Below, piece after piece: positions 12,129 to 22,811 of a stretch of 32,000 nt of DNA (positions within the stretch are counted from its first letter, which is position 1; each line of letters begins with the position of its first letter). The notes below the pieces were generated by a model, which saw only the letters and a program-made list of their open reading frames with translations, was not told the DNA's origin and ran no database searches. Location: positions 1 to 32,000 of the forward strand of contig BAAFSQ010000042.1 of assembly GCA_054661495.1 (NCBI GenBank). The letters run 5' to 3'. This DNA comes from Zygophlyctis sp. KS116 (lineage: Eukaryota; Fungi; Chytridiomycota). The translations under genes were made by a program, and so were the position numbers.

Positions 12129-13136
12129 TTAGGATTGGATAAAATTCTTTTGTTTTTTCCTGAAATATATACCGACTGTTGTGATCATGTTTCCAATTCC
12201 TATTATAGCAAAAAGCGTACCAACAACTGCAACTTGCCATTCTTGATGACCGTGATAAATATACTTTTTTCCCATCACATATGAATTATATATTTGCCAA
12301 AATTGACCCACAATAGAAAAAGGCAGCAAAATTATTAAATCACGACCCAATTTATCCATCGTAGCACCATCTCCAACTACTGTATCCATCGGACCTACTT
12401 TTTCTAATGCAATTAGAGCGTATAATCTATGAATTTGGTATCTATATTGTAACCATTGTAAAACTCCTAAATACAACCAAAACCAGAAAAATGGTGTCCT
12501 AAATTCATAATAACTCTGAGAAGAAGGCCAAATCTTTTCATCAATTAATCCCCTAAATCTTACCAAAAGTATCCCACTAATAATGACTGACAAGTAATGA
12601 TGAATTATCCACCATGGACGTATTTTAGATCCATTCACCATTAAAATATGCTTTCGAAGTACAGCAGAACAGTAATAATATAGCAGTAAAAATGCACAAA
12701 TTGCATCGGTAACTCTGTTTGAGAAAATAAATAATGAGAAAGCAGCGCAAAAACATCCTGCGATTGTCATCTTCAATTTAAACAATTCATATTCCTTTTT
12801 ATATTCTCTTCGTTGTTTAAACGGGCGAATAACAAAAGGACCAGATTTACTGATATTAATGAATTTTAAGAATTACCCGAGCGCCAAACAAAGCATTGGA
12901 TGCGGCTTTCTAGGAAGAGCCGATTCTAGTCTATGGACTTTATTTTTGACCAATAGCAATTGTTGCCAATCAGCAGATCTTTCGTGAATCATTAATTTCA
13001 TATTCTTCTTTATTGACTCTAGCTCTTTGATACATTTGTCTTGTTCTGCATTCAGCTGCTCTGCCAAGAGATTTAAAGATAGCTCTTTGGCCTCTAAAGA
13101 CTTTAAATCCTCTAGCAAATGTAGTTCCCTTTGCAT
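12129..13136 (-). CDS. TMEM120: TMEM120/TMPIT-family membrane protein
   Basis: N-terminal coiled coil, YKKEYELFKL, NGSKIRPWWIIHHYLS, QYRYQ motifs. Intron 12850-12876 (27 nt) and a probable in-frame intron 12534-12563 (30 nt) whose removal restores GILL-IWP. Confidence 0.88.
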
Positions 13137-13204
13137 TAGTCTGCGTAACCTTGCCCTCTGTGAATGACATCAGTTCACATTGTTGTTTGTTTATAATCAG
13201 AACA

Positions 13205-16200
13205 ATGTTTAACTTTAAAATGATCAAAATGCAGTTGATGATTGCTATTAGTCTCTCAATTATTTCTCCTGGGAATGCAGTAACTTTATTTAACAGTAAG
13301 ATTTCTTTACTGATCAAAGAAAACGATTTTGATGCAAATGGACAAAAATGCTTGGTGCCAATGAGAGCAAATGTCAGCTGTCCGGCAGTTTGTGTACCAG
13401 ATATCTCTCTTTGTCCCAAAAGTGTTGCTCCTGCTCCTTGTCAAAGTGGTTCTTATTATTGTTCGGACGGAACTTGTAAATCTGGCCAAAACGAAAAAGC
13501 AGCTTGCAAAGATATCAAACCAGTATGTTCTTGCATGTATGGATTTTCTGAATCTTCCAATCAGAAAACGGATGTTGCTCTATATCCATGTTCTGCAGAT
13601 TATAAAGTGGATGTTCCAAATTATGCTCAAACGCATATTTTGGGCGATCAGCCATTGATTGATAAGTGTCTCTCCTCGATAAATCTTGCGAAAAGCTTGA
13701 AAGTAGGAACTCAGCCTGTGATTCTTCACTGTAAATCTAAAACCATTCCAAAATTGACATTTTTCGAGTCAGGTAAGCTAATTTATCTCTCACACTAGAA
13801 TTTTTGATTGGTTACTTTATCATATCTTTTGAATTGGTTTTACTTGTTTCGTATGAAATCTATAGAATTTCCCGAAAAGTGAAGTTTAACGCTAAAAATA
13901 AGTTTCAACAATTTCAGTACAGGGACTCGACGCTCAATATTATTACGGAAGATGATAAGAATCCTGATCAAAAGCCTAATCTCATTGGTATTCGTATGAG
14001 TGGGTATAAAAATGATACATTTGGTAGCATTGTCAGACATAGTGTGATATTAATGAGTTTCTTCTGGATGTTTATTTTCTTAATCCTTATTATGGACTAC
14101 TATGGTTGGTTCTCAGGAATAAATTACCGGGATCAAGCTATGCTTCTGGTTGATCAAAGAACTCTATCAATTGCTTTTATCGTAATTTGGAATTTCACGG
14201 CTATCTGGTTTATTACATTATACTCTCAATCGACAAATCTCTTGACTTATTTCCTTGGAGAAGAATCTCTCGAAAATTCCAGCTATGTTCTTATCGAGAA
14301 AAAAATGGATGTTCAAAATATTGTGAATCAAAAAGCAGACTGGGTCTCATATTTGCTAAGAATAGAAAAATACTTTCATTTTGCCAAGTTAGACTCTTCA
14401 TTTACATTAGTTCCTGTCGATAAAGGAAAAAATCAGGGAAAATTTATAGAATTCGAGTGTGTGCGATACAACTACAATCCAGAAACCAGAACTTTTTCCC
14501 CTCATGAATTTAGCGCCGGATCTAAAATTGCAGACTTACATCAAAAAGCATCAGGCCTGACTTCTGTTGAGGCATTTACTAGGGCAGACCTCGTTGGATT
14601 GAATAAAATTGCATTTAAAAAATCAAGTTTCTGGACTGGTATCAAGGAAGAGTAATTATATCTGAATAATTAATGATTAGATTTACCAGCATATTTTATA
14701 TATATCAGCTTATGCTTCTGCTTACTTGGTACTTCTACTCATATTACTTGATGGCTTTTGTTGCCACAGTAATAATTATAGGTTCTGGACTGTCTGTTGT
14801 TTATTTGACCCAGCTTTCACAAGCTCAGATTCTTAACATGGCTACATTTAAGGGAGTTTATGAAGTTCTTCGTGATGGGAAATGGAAATCAGTTAGCTCT
14901 GAGGAATTGGTTCCTGGAGATATATTAGAACTTAAACCCTCCGACTCTCCAATCACAGTCGACTGCATTATATTAAGCGGAGGTGTTGTTGCGGATGAAT
15001 CAACATTAACAGGTATTCTGGAATGTTTATTAAAGATAAAGGGGAGGCATTACCAATAACTAAATTTTTCTTGCCAAATACCAGCGATTCATTTAATCCT
15101 GAAGAAATTCACTCAAATTATGTATATGCAGGCTGTAAGATTTTGGAGATCAAACCATCACAAAATGATTTACCCGTGATCGCACTTGTCATGAATACCG
15201 GTGCCAGGACCGCAAAGGGCACATTAATTAGAAACATTCTTTTTCCATATTTCTATAAATTCACCTTCACCGAACACCTGAAAGTTGTATTTGGAATTCT
15301 CATCTTGTGGGGCATATTACTTTTGTTTGTTGGAATGGCTATTCTGTCGATGACTATTGAAAGTTGGTTCTTCGGAATGGCAAGTATATCTCAAGTTTTA
15401 AGTCCTTTATTGCCAACTGTTTTAACTATTGGTCAAGCAATTGCAGGTGATAGACTAAGAAAGAAAAAAATTGCATGCTGGGATCTTAATCGCATCACAG
15501 TGGCAGGAAAAGTTCGTTATTTTTGTTTCGATAAAACTGGTATAGTTTAACATTCTAATTAAAAGGAACTTTGACAAAAGATCATTTGGAGTTTATTGGC
15601 GCTCAGGGTGTTGATGCCGAAAACAATTTTGAGGATCCACAGGTGCATTTTGATTCATTCTCGGATCTAATGAAACACATAATGCTATCCTGTCATACCT
15701 TATCTACGGTAATAATTAGATATATCTGAACTATAGCTCGGAGACAAATATGTTGGGAATTTTGTTGATACAGAAATGTTTCGGCACACAAATGCGACCT
15801 TAAAGCATTGTGAAGGCAGCAAAAAGATTGAGCCTGATTCATTAGTAGTTCCCCAACCGTATAGCGGTATTAATGCATTGCACATTATGAGGAAATTTGA
15901 ATTTTCTCATAAGCATGCATATATGTCTGTAATTGTCGGCGATAATATATCCGGTAAAAAATATGTATTTTTGAAAGGTATGCATTATTTATATATTCTA
16001 ATTACTAGGATCATTTCAGAAAATTAAAGAAATAGTTGATCCCGCAACTCTTCCGGAAAATGCAGACGAAATGATTCAATATCACTCTTCAAGAGGGTTT
16101 TATGTCATCGCCACAGCGTCTTGTGAACTACCTGCCGAGACATCAATCGATATGATATTAAGGTGGCCAAGAGAATTTCTGGAAAAAGATGCATGCTTTG

Positions 16201-17591
16201 TGGGATTGATGTTGTTCCGCAATGAAATTAAAAAAGACACTCCCAAAGCGCTTTCTCAACTTCGAGATGGCGGATGCAATTTGGCAATGCTAACGGGGGA
16301 TAACGTTAATACTGCTATCTATATTGGCTGGACTTCTGGAATGATAAAAAAAGGTGGCCCACGCCAAGCCCCAGTTGTAGTTATCGGAGATGTCATCGAG
16401 AAAGACTTGAGATGGAAAAATTTAGATGATGATACCGATATCAGTGAAGGAGTTTTATCGACTTTGATCCAAAGAAGTAGAAGAGGTTTTAGACCCATTG
16501 AAATAGCAATCACAGGAAAAGCCTTCGCTCAATTATCAGCAAATGGATGGCTTCAAAAGAATTTACAAGAAGTAAGAATTTTTGCGGGAATGAAACCAAA
16601 TGATAAAGTTAAATGCGTACGATTATTTATGGAAAAGGGGATTACGGCAATGTGCGGCGACGGAGGAAACGATGCAGGAGCTCTTAAAACGGCACATACC
16701 GGCATCGCTTTGACACCTGATAACAATTCATCAGTTGTGGGGCATTTCTCATCTACTGATCCATCAATTATGACATGTGTCGAATTGCTCAAAGAAGCCC
16801 GTTGTGCTTTAGACGTATCATTTGCTTCATATCGATACTTGATGCTATATGGTGAGATTACTGGATTCGTTGGCATGATTCAATATTTCTACAGAACTTC
16901 TGTCAGTCAAGCTCTCTACATTTTGATTGATCTTACAACTATACCTTTAAGCTGGGGTATATCATCTGCTTTACCAGCCAGAAAGTTAGTTGAAAGTAGA
17001 CCAACTGCTAGGCTATTAGGCTTTGAAATTGTATCTTCAGTTGTAGGGCAATTGTTTATTGACATAATATTTATGATTGCGGCGATCAGTGCTCTTACAC
17101 AACAAGACTTTTATAAGTGCCATGCTTTCTCTCCATTAAATGTCGATATGACTAGATGGTGGGAATTAGCTGACAATTATGAAGCATCTTTGATATCGAT
17201 TTTCATCATATTCCAAATATTCAGTGCTGCTGCAGCCATCAACATTGGTTCACGCTACAGGCAAGGCTCGTTCAAAAACTGGACTTTTGTGGCTATATAT
17301 ATTGTTTGTACTTGCTTCATATGCTATATAATCCTTGCAGATCCAAATCCTATTGGTTGTTTATTCAGAATCAACTGTGGCACAAAGGAATCTCTATTGT
17401 CATTAGGTTATACGGTGAACTTTAATGCGCCAGCAGTTTACCATTCTGAATTCGGACATAATGTTTTCCCGAGACATTTTAGGAACTGGATATTGGTCGT
17501 TTGCGCATTGAACTTGTTAGTATTGCTACTTTGGGAAGGATTAGTAATCCAAGGTCCTGTTCGGCGATGGTTAGCCCGCAAATGGAAATGA
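13205..17591 (+). CDS. P5-type (P5B-like) P-type ATPase with signal peptide and Cys-rich N-terminal extension
   Basis: ELVPGD, DESTLTGE, SPLLP in TM4, CFDKTG|TLT, MLTGDN, MCGDGGND. Introns 13773-13798 (26), 14652-14680 (29), 15013-15041 (29), 15540-15565 (26), 15709-15736 (28), 15978-16008 (31). Start could also be the ATG at 13220 or 13229. Confidence 0.9.
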
Positions 17592-17647
17592 TTTTTGGCT
17601 GCGGAGCATAATGAAAGAATAAATAACCGAGTTTCGTGTTTTTAAAA

Positions 17648-18979
17648 ATGTTTGACGAAGTGATAACTCCAGATGAAATGAAATTTCTACGACTTTTGCT
17701 GAAATGTGATGCTAACATTTCTCAGGAGCAAAAGCACTTGAAGACAAAGTTGGCGAGAAAAGATTTCACCAATTACGTGGAGGTAAAACACGAACTTATT
17801 CACCTCAAGGACATTGCTAGATTACGGCAAATGCTTTCTTCTCTGGAAGAAGATCCAAAAAGAAACAAAACTGATAAAGATTTGGTAGAATATCGAAATC
17901 GTGTGGAATATTTGGATACTGCATTGACTCGTTTAGAAGTAGAAGCTGCTCCTCCTCCCATGAGCATGATACCTCCTCCAATAGTAATTTTGAATTAACT
18001 CAGCTTAGGATGGAACTGCCGCTCCAGCCGCTGAAGAATCTAGTGGTGCTAGTGGATGCTCATTTTTGAAAGCGAGTTCGCAAGCTGCTGCTGCGCCTAG
18101 TGGAGGATGTATATTTAAAAAAGCTGCTGCTCCGGCTCCAGTGGAACCTTCAGGAGGATGTATATTTAAAAAGGCTGCTGCTCCGGCCAATCCAATTCCA
18201 CAAGAGACTCAAGGTGGTTGTATTTTTAAAAAGGCATCTTCTGCAGCTCCTTCTGGGGCTCCAGCAGGAGTATGTCCGATTACCCAAAAATCATCTGCAG
18301 AGGGTGCATGCCCATCTACTCAGGGAAAGAGCGAAGAAGATCTTTTCAAAATGTCTGAAGAAATGGGAGGATGTCCAATGTTTCAAGCTACTCCTGAAGA
18401 GTCAGAAAAAATGCGTAAAGAAGCAGCGAAAGGATTAGACAGTGCTAAAAAAGGATCATGCCCAATGACTGGAGCTGCATCTAGTGGAGGTGGTTGTCCT
18501 GTAGCAGCTCCCGGAGAAAATCCAGAGTTGGAAGGAACATGGATGGCACCAGTTTCTGATGACCCAAATGAATGTCCGACATTCTTGCCAAGACCTATTT
18601 TGGACGCTCCAAAGTATTCTAACGTCAAGAAACGTATCAAGGCTGATGATGGATTAGTCTTTTTGGAAGACGCTGAGAGAGAAATTCAAAGAACCTTGGA
18701 TGTTACTTTGGAGAAACTTAAGAAGGGAGAAAAAATAGAGGATGATGTAATGGAAGAGGTATTTTGTTAAATCTAACTCTAGGTAATGAAGAAGAATCAG
18801 GAAAAATTCAAAAAGGTACTTATATGAACATGACTAACATTTAGCATGAAACTGAAATGAAAGTAAAGGAATACCCAATGATCTCTGCCCAATCATTATT
18901 TTTTGCTCATATTCACAAGCTTTGGATGATATCTGCAGTCATTGTGCTTGGAGTTGTTATCCAAAAACTCATGATTTAG
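17648..18979 (+). CDS. USE1-like ER SNARE with Cys-motif (GC[IS]F / CP) repeat linker and C-terminal TM anchor
   Basis: N-terminus EMKFLRLLLKCD...LRQML...EYRNRVEYL resembles the USE1 N-terminal helical domain. The C-terminal coiled coil (KKNQEKFKKHETEMK) is followed by TM LWMISAVIVLGVVI. Introns 17984-18008 (25), 18759-18782 (24), 18816-18844 (29). The gene model is solid; the USE1 assignment is by eye. Confidence 0.65.
18054..18240 (+). repeat. Coding repeats encoding GGC[IS]F[KL]KA x4
   Basis: Near-identical GGAGGATGTATATTTAAAAARGCTGCTGCTCCGGC at ~18102 and ~18153, with diverged copies at ~18054 and ~18213. Confidence 0.85.
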
Positions 18980-18995
18980 ATTTCCAAAAAAAAAA

Positions 18996-19704
18996 TCATT
19001 TAAATCTTAAATATTTGGGCCTGATTACATTTTTGTGCCTTCGAAACGTTAAAGAGATTCGTGTCTGAGTTCTACATTGACTAAATATTGAATTTGGAGA
19101 GTTGAAATTAACAATTTTTGAACAAGGAATTTCATCAACCAAAGATTCTTTTATCCCATGAAGATAATCTGTATAATACTCACCAGAAAGAATCAAGATA
19201 GATCTTGGTTCTAGCAGCAGTGAAAATTCTGATTCTAGACAAATCTGAGAATCTTTACCAAAACTAGAAGATTTTGGATACAAATCTAAAATTGTATGAC
19301 CTCCTAGAGATACCGTAGCGATCACTGGATCATAGCATGGTCCATCTTCACTAAAAGTTAGACTTATTAATTACTGCGGCATAACTAGAAATTAAGAATA
19401 TGCTGTACTTACTTCCTTGACCAACTTGATACTCATTGATCAAGCACTGATTAAACTCTGGAATCAACCCGGGAAATTGACATTGAATTTGTACAGAAAG
19501 CGATTGTAACCAATCTGGCAATTCCTCACCAATCGCTATTTTTATTTAATAGTTAATAGTACCTCGTGTCTCGTTTGGAACTGATCGTGCACCCCATTCT
19601 TGTAACCTCCTATTCTTGAGAGATACCCATCTTCCTTTTGGCAATGACTGTACTTTTACATCCAAGTCTTGTGTTATGAAATTCTCTTGATAAACAAAAG
19701 GCAT
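18996..19704 (-). CDS. ALKBH6: AlkB-family 2OG-Fe(II) dioxygenase, ALKBH6-like
   Basis: Spliced product has WVSLKNRRLQEWG, NQCLINEYQVGQGIMPHEDGP, TVSLG, LLEPRS, YLHGI, RISLTFR. Introns 19536-19562 (27), 19385-19412 (28), 19351-19374 (24); micro-exon 19375-19384. Confidence 0.88.
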
Positions 19705-19750
19705 CAGATCTTATCGTTGAAGACCCTACTGCATTTGATCAGATCACTGT

Positions 19751-20302
19751 ATGGGCAGAAGAACTAATCCATTCGCTTTAAGAGTAGGAAAACTTATTTC
19801 CTGGCCATCCAATGTCTCTCATCCTCTTCTCGGTGAATACATCAGACATGTTTTTCAAGGATTTCTAGTCTCTGAGCCTGGAATTAGATCATCCTTATCA
19901 GAAACATGGGTCAATGTAACAGTTTTTGGAGATCCGGAGAAAATGAAGTATCATCCGTGGGTAAATAAACCTCTTCTTGAATGGGATCAAGCTGAATTGG
20001 AACCAGAAAAAGCATTGGGAAAATTGGAACAACGACTACTTGGATTGGCAACAACACATCCTCACATTTCTAAACTATTCAAGGAAATTCCTAAAAAGAG
20101 TTTAGTGCATTTATCTACTTCCCTTCATGGAATCAGTGGAGCATTGGGAATGTTTAAGAATAGGCCAATTAAATTAAAGATAAACTTTATCACAAATCCG
20201 CTATTGGACGCTGAAATATTGGCTCAATATGTTGCAGTAAACATGTCTAAAAGGATGAGTTTGGCTGCGGTTTACAAGGATTTATTAAGAAAAAGCTCTT
20301 AA
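19751..20302 (+). CDS. rps3: Organellar-type ribosomal protein uS3 (Rps3), N-terminal half only; putative nucleus-encoded uS3m
   Basis: MGRRTNPFALRVG...W matches the bacterial/organellar S3 start MGQKxNPxGxRLG. NPLLDAEILAQYVA matches PELDAxLVA. The protein stops before the GIKxxxSGRL motif. Confidence 0.75.
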   Translation: MGRRTNPFALRVGKLISWPSNVSHPLLGEYIRHVFQGFLVSEPGIRSSLSETWVNVTVFGDPEKMKYHPWVNKPLLEWDQAELEPEKALGKLEQRLLGLATTHPHISKLFKEIPKKSLVHLSTSLHGISGALGMFKNRPIKLKINFITNPLLDAEILAQYVAVNMSKRMSLAAVYKDLLRKSS

Positions 20303-20397
20303 TTCTTTTTTCCAGATATAAAGTGATAGAGAATAATAAGTCCAACTACAACTGTTCCTAAAATATTTGCCATGTTACTTAATTGAGTGTCTGTCAT
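20299..20397 (-). CDS. OST4: Oligosaccharyltransferase 4-kDa subunit OST4 (32 aa)
   Basis: MTDTQLSNMANILGTVVVGLIILYHFISGKKN fits the OST4 pattern (TDxQL..xANxLG...LIxLYHF). It is only the 3' part of ORF 20299..20538. Confidence 0.9.
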   Translation of the reverse strand: MTDTQLSNMANILGTVVVGLIILYHFISGKKN

Positions 20398-20577
20398 CTT
20401 AAAATTAATATAGGATTTTTTACTTTTACTTGTTAATACAGGGATTTTAATAGAGAAGTTTATGGCTTTTTCAGGTAACACGGTACACCCTAAAAACTGT
20501 CTTAATTGGATTCCATTAAGTGGCAATGGATAATACAAGCTGAAGCTATTATAAAATTATTATTATTATTATTAAAT

Positions 20578-20921
20578 TTATTTTCTATCTTCAACCTGTA
20601 TATTAAAAAAGATGAAAATACCATGATCAAATGATATCCAAATTTAGTCTTTACTTGTCCAATAATTGGTTTGTCCGATGTACTAGGCTCAAGATCAAAT
20701 GCAACTGCACTAAATTCTTGGACTAGTCCACTTCTAGTCATCCATCCTAAACTACCGCCAGATCTTGCCTTATCTATAGAATATTTTGCTGCGATTGATG
20801 CAAAAGTGTTTCCCTTTTGGATTTCTTCCAGTGCCGCTTGAGAAGCCGAGGCTTTTTCTGTTAGGATGTGTCTGACTTTAATAGAAGTTGCTGGTTTAAG
20901 ACCTTTTTGGCCTTTGCCCAT
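20578..20921 (-). CDS. PIN4: Parvulin Par14-type peptidyl-prolyl isomerase
   Basis: IKVRHIL, YSIDKARSGGSLGW, KTKFGYHLIM|VEDRK*; intron 20596-20621 (26 nt). Confidence 0.92.
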
Positions 20922-21198
20922 TTGATAGTAACGTTCAGTCGTAGGTCAATGGACTTTTAGATTGCAGTAATAGATAATAGTGCAAAGTATCCTACAAGCC
21001 TAGCGTTGAGTCAATATACAACATTTAAAAATTATGTATTAATATGTTTTCGAGAGTTATCTGTCCCCAATTGATACGTCCAAGTCAAAATATAAAGAAA
21101 CATTAAAATTATTGAACAATCTTTACGACTGCCTACAAATGAGTTTAATCAAGACTGATGATATACAGCCCCAAAGTGCACGATATCTTTGAATCATT

Positions 21199-21361
21199 CT
21201 ATTTAGTCCGAACTTGGACTATCAGCGTTTTGATTATGCGCCACAATCAACTTAAGTATCAGACTGTTAATCTTGTCTTTTAAAATGCGGAAAGAATACT
21301 TAGAACTGACAATGATATGAAGAGAATAATCAGTAGTGGAGATGGTCTTGTCAATGATTCC
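21199..21361 (+). repeat. Dispersed ~165-nt repeat, copy A (inverted relative to 29597-29767)
   Basis: Near-identical to the reverse complement of 29597-29767, apart from a few substitutions and a short central indel region. Confidence 0.93.
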
Positions 21362-21696
21362 TCTCAAGGATGGAGAAATGCATAATGTACTGAATCAGAT
21401 GCAATGGAGGTAGAGGTATTACTGTCATGGTAGGAAAAGATCATTTCAATTCTGACTGCGAGTCGGATATTGTTGCATTTGCTTCCCTTCCCTTGTGAAA
21501 CGTAAAATGCTAAAACTCTAAAAACACACCAGCTGTTACCATTGATGAAGCTGATGACTGATGTACGAATCATCTTGCTTGGCAAGTTCATTAACAGCAT
21601 CGACATCTACACAGATTACTCCTGATAGAAACTTCCTCACTCTCATTGTTGATTCTTTGATTAATTGGAAATGACAACACTCTGGAAATATTAGAT

Positions 21697-22317
21697 TTAT
21701 AAAGAAAATCGTTTAAATTTCTTTTTCAATTGTCCTGGAGATAACTGATACAAATTCAATTTCAAGTCTCTACTCATTCCTTGATAATCATCTGCATACT
21801 TTTCTTTTAAAGCTTTTAAAAGAATCAATTCATTTCCTGAATTAATTCTTTTAACAGTAGACGGTAAATTTGATAATTCTCTAAGTTGATCTACAATTTC
21901 TGTTTTAGACTCTGTTTGATCAATGATTGAGAAATTTCTCAGCTTCTTTAAATTGACTCTTGATCCTAAATTCTTTACCCGATCATCAAAATCATAGACT
22001 GGTTCACCTATCAAGAGTTCTTTAGACTCTGATACACTCTCAGAATTGGTAAAAGACAAATCCCTAAATTCTGTCTTGAGTTCATCCTTTATATTCCCCA
22101 ATTTAGACTTTAGAAGAGAGTAATTAACAGAGTAATTCAAGTCTCCTCCTGCTTTTCCATTTAAAAAAGATTGTAGTCCAATTTGAGAGTAATTTTGAGA
22201 TAGTGTCTTTTTAGTGTCCCAGGCCTTCTTTATCAATGGCATGCAAAAGTTTAGATTGTTTGATTTGGACTTTCTAGATACTTTTTTCTTTTGTCTCTTT
22301 TGTCTTGGAGTTGTCAT
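21697..22317 (-). CDS. NOP16: Ribosome biogenesis protein Nop16
   Basis: Basic N-terminus, IKKAWDTKKTLSQNY..GL...N...GG, KYADDYQGMSRDLKLNLYQLSPGQL. Confidence 0.92.
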   Translation of the reverse strand: MTTPRQKRQKKKVSRKSKSNNLNFCMPLIKKAWDTKKTLSQNYSQIGLQSFLNGKAGGDLNYSVNYSLLKSKLGNIKDELKTEFRDLSFTNSESVSESKELLIGEPVYDFDDRVKNLGSRVNLKKLRNFSIIDQTESKTEIVDQLRELSNLPSTVKRINSGNELILLKALKEKYADDYQGMSRDLKLNLYQLSPGQLKKKFKRFSL

Positions 22318-22332
22318 ATTTTAGATAAAATT

Positions 22333-22655
22333 TTAAGATTTCCTTTTTATAGAGTCTAGAGTGCTAGACAAGACTTGTTGAAGAGGCGGATTCCTCCGCA
22401 TGCATAGTTTCAAGTCATCTAAATTAATATTTGATCTTTTTCCATGTTTAGAAAATGATTCTAAATCCAACGCTAGAAATTTTGTCTGATACAACAAGAC
22501 TTTAACGAGCGCTTCAATGTACATGGGACTAATTTCTACTTGAATAGAAGAAGCTACTTTTTTAGATTCTTTTCCTACAAAATAAGTCAAGGATTCAATC
22601 AACTATAAATTTAAAGAATGGAAAATACACGTTGGTCTGGATGGTCGAGATTCAT
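22333..22655 (-). CDS. MHF1: CENP-S / MHF1 histone-fold protein
   Basis: Exon 1 22655-22629 (MNLDHPDQR), intron 22603-22628 (26 nt); DLESFSKHGKRSNINLDDLKLCMRRNP signature. Confidence 0.9.
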
Positions 22656-22811
22656 TAATCTGTCTTGTTGAGCGCTGGAGGGATTTTAAATGAAATTTAA
22701 ATGAAATTATAAATGCTTAAAAAGGATATAATATTAAACTATCTACTGTAGACTCTAGAGTAACCAAATCTATGCCGCTTTGGGCGCTGGGCCGCTTTTA
22801 CCTTTATAAAA

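Noticed and set aside
10118-17591. ILV2 and the P5 ATPase as frameshifted pseudogenes, or an alternative genetic code
   Set aside because: Every break is explained by a GT-AG intron that restores conserved motifs, and TAA, TAG and TGA all serve as genuine stops.
20420-20570. Possible snRNA/snoRNA between OST4 and PIN4 (weak hairpin CTTAATTGGATTCCATTAAG)
   Set aside because: I could not recognise U-snRNA, C/D or H/ACA motifs; an Infernal search would be needed.
21364-21606. 80-aa minus-strand ORF
   Set aside because: It has no motifs and lies antisense to the decayed repeat-associated sequence.
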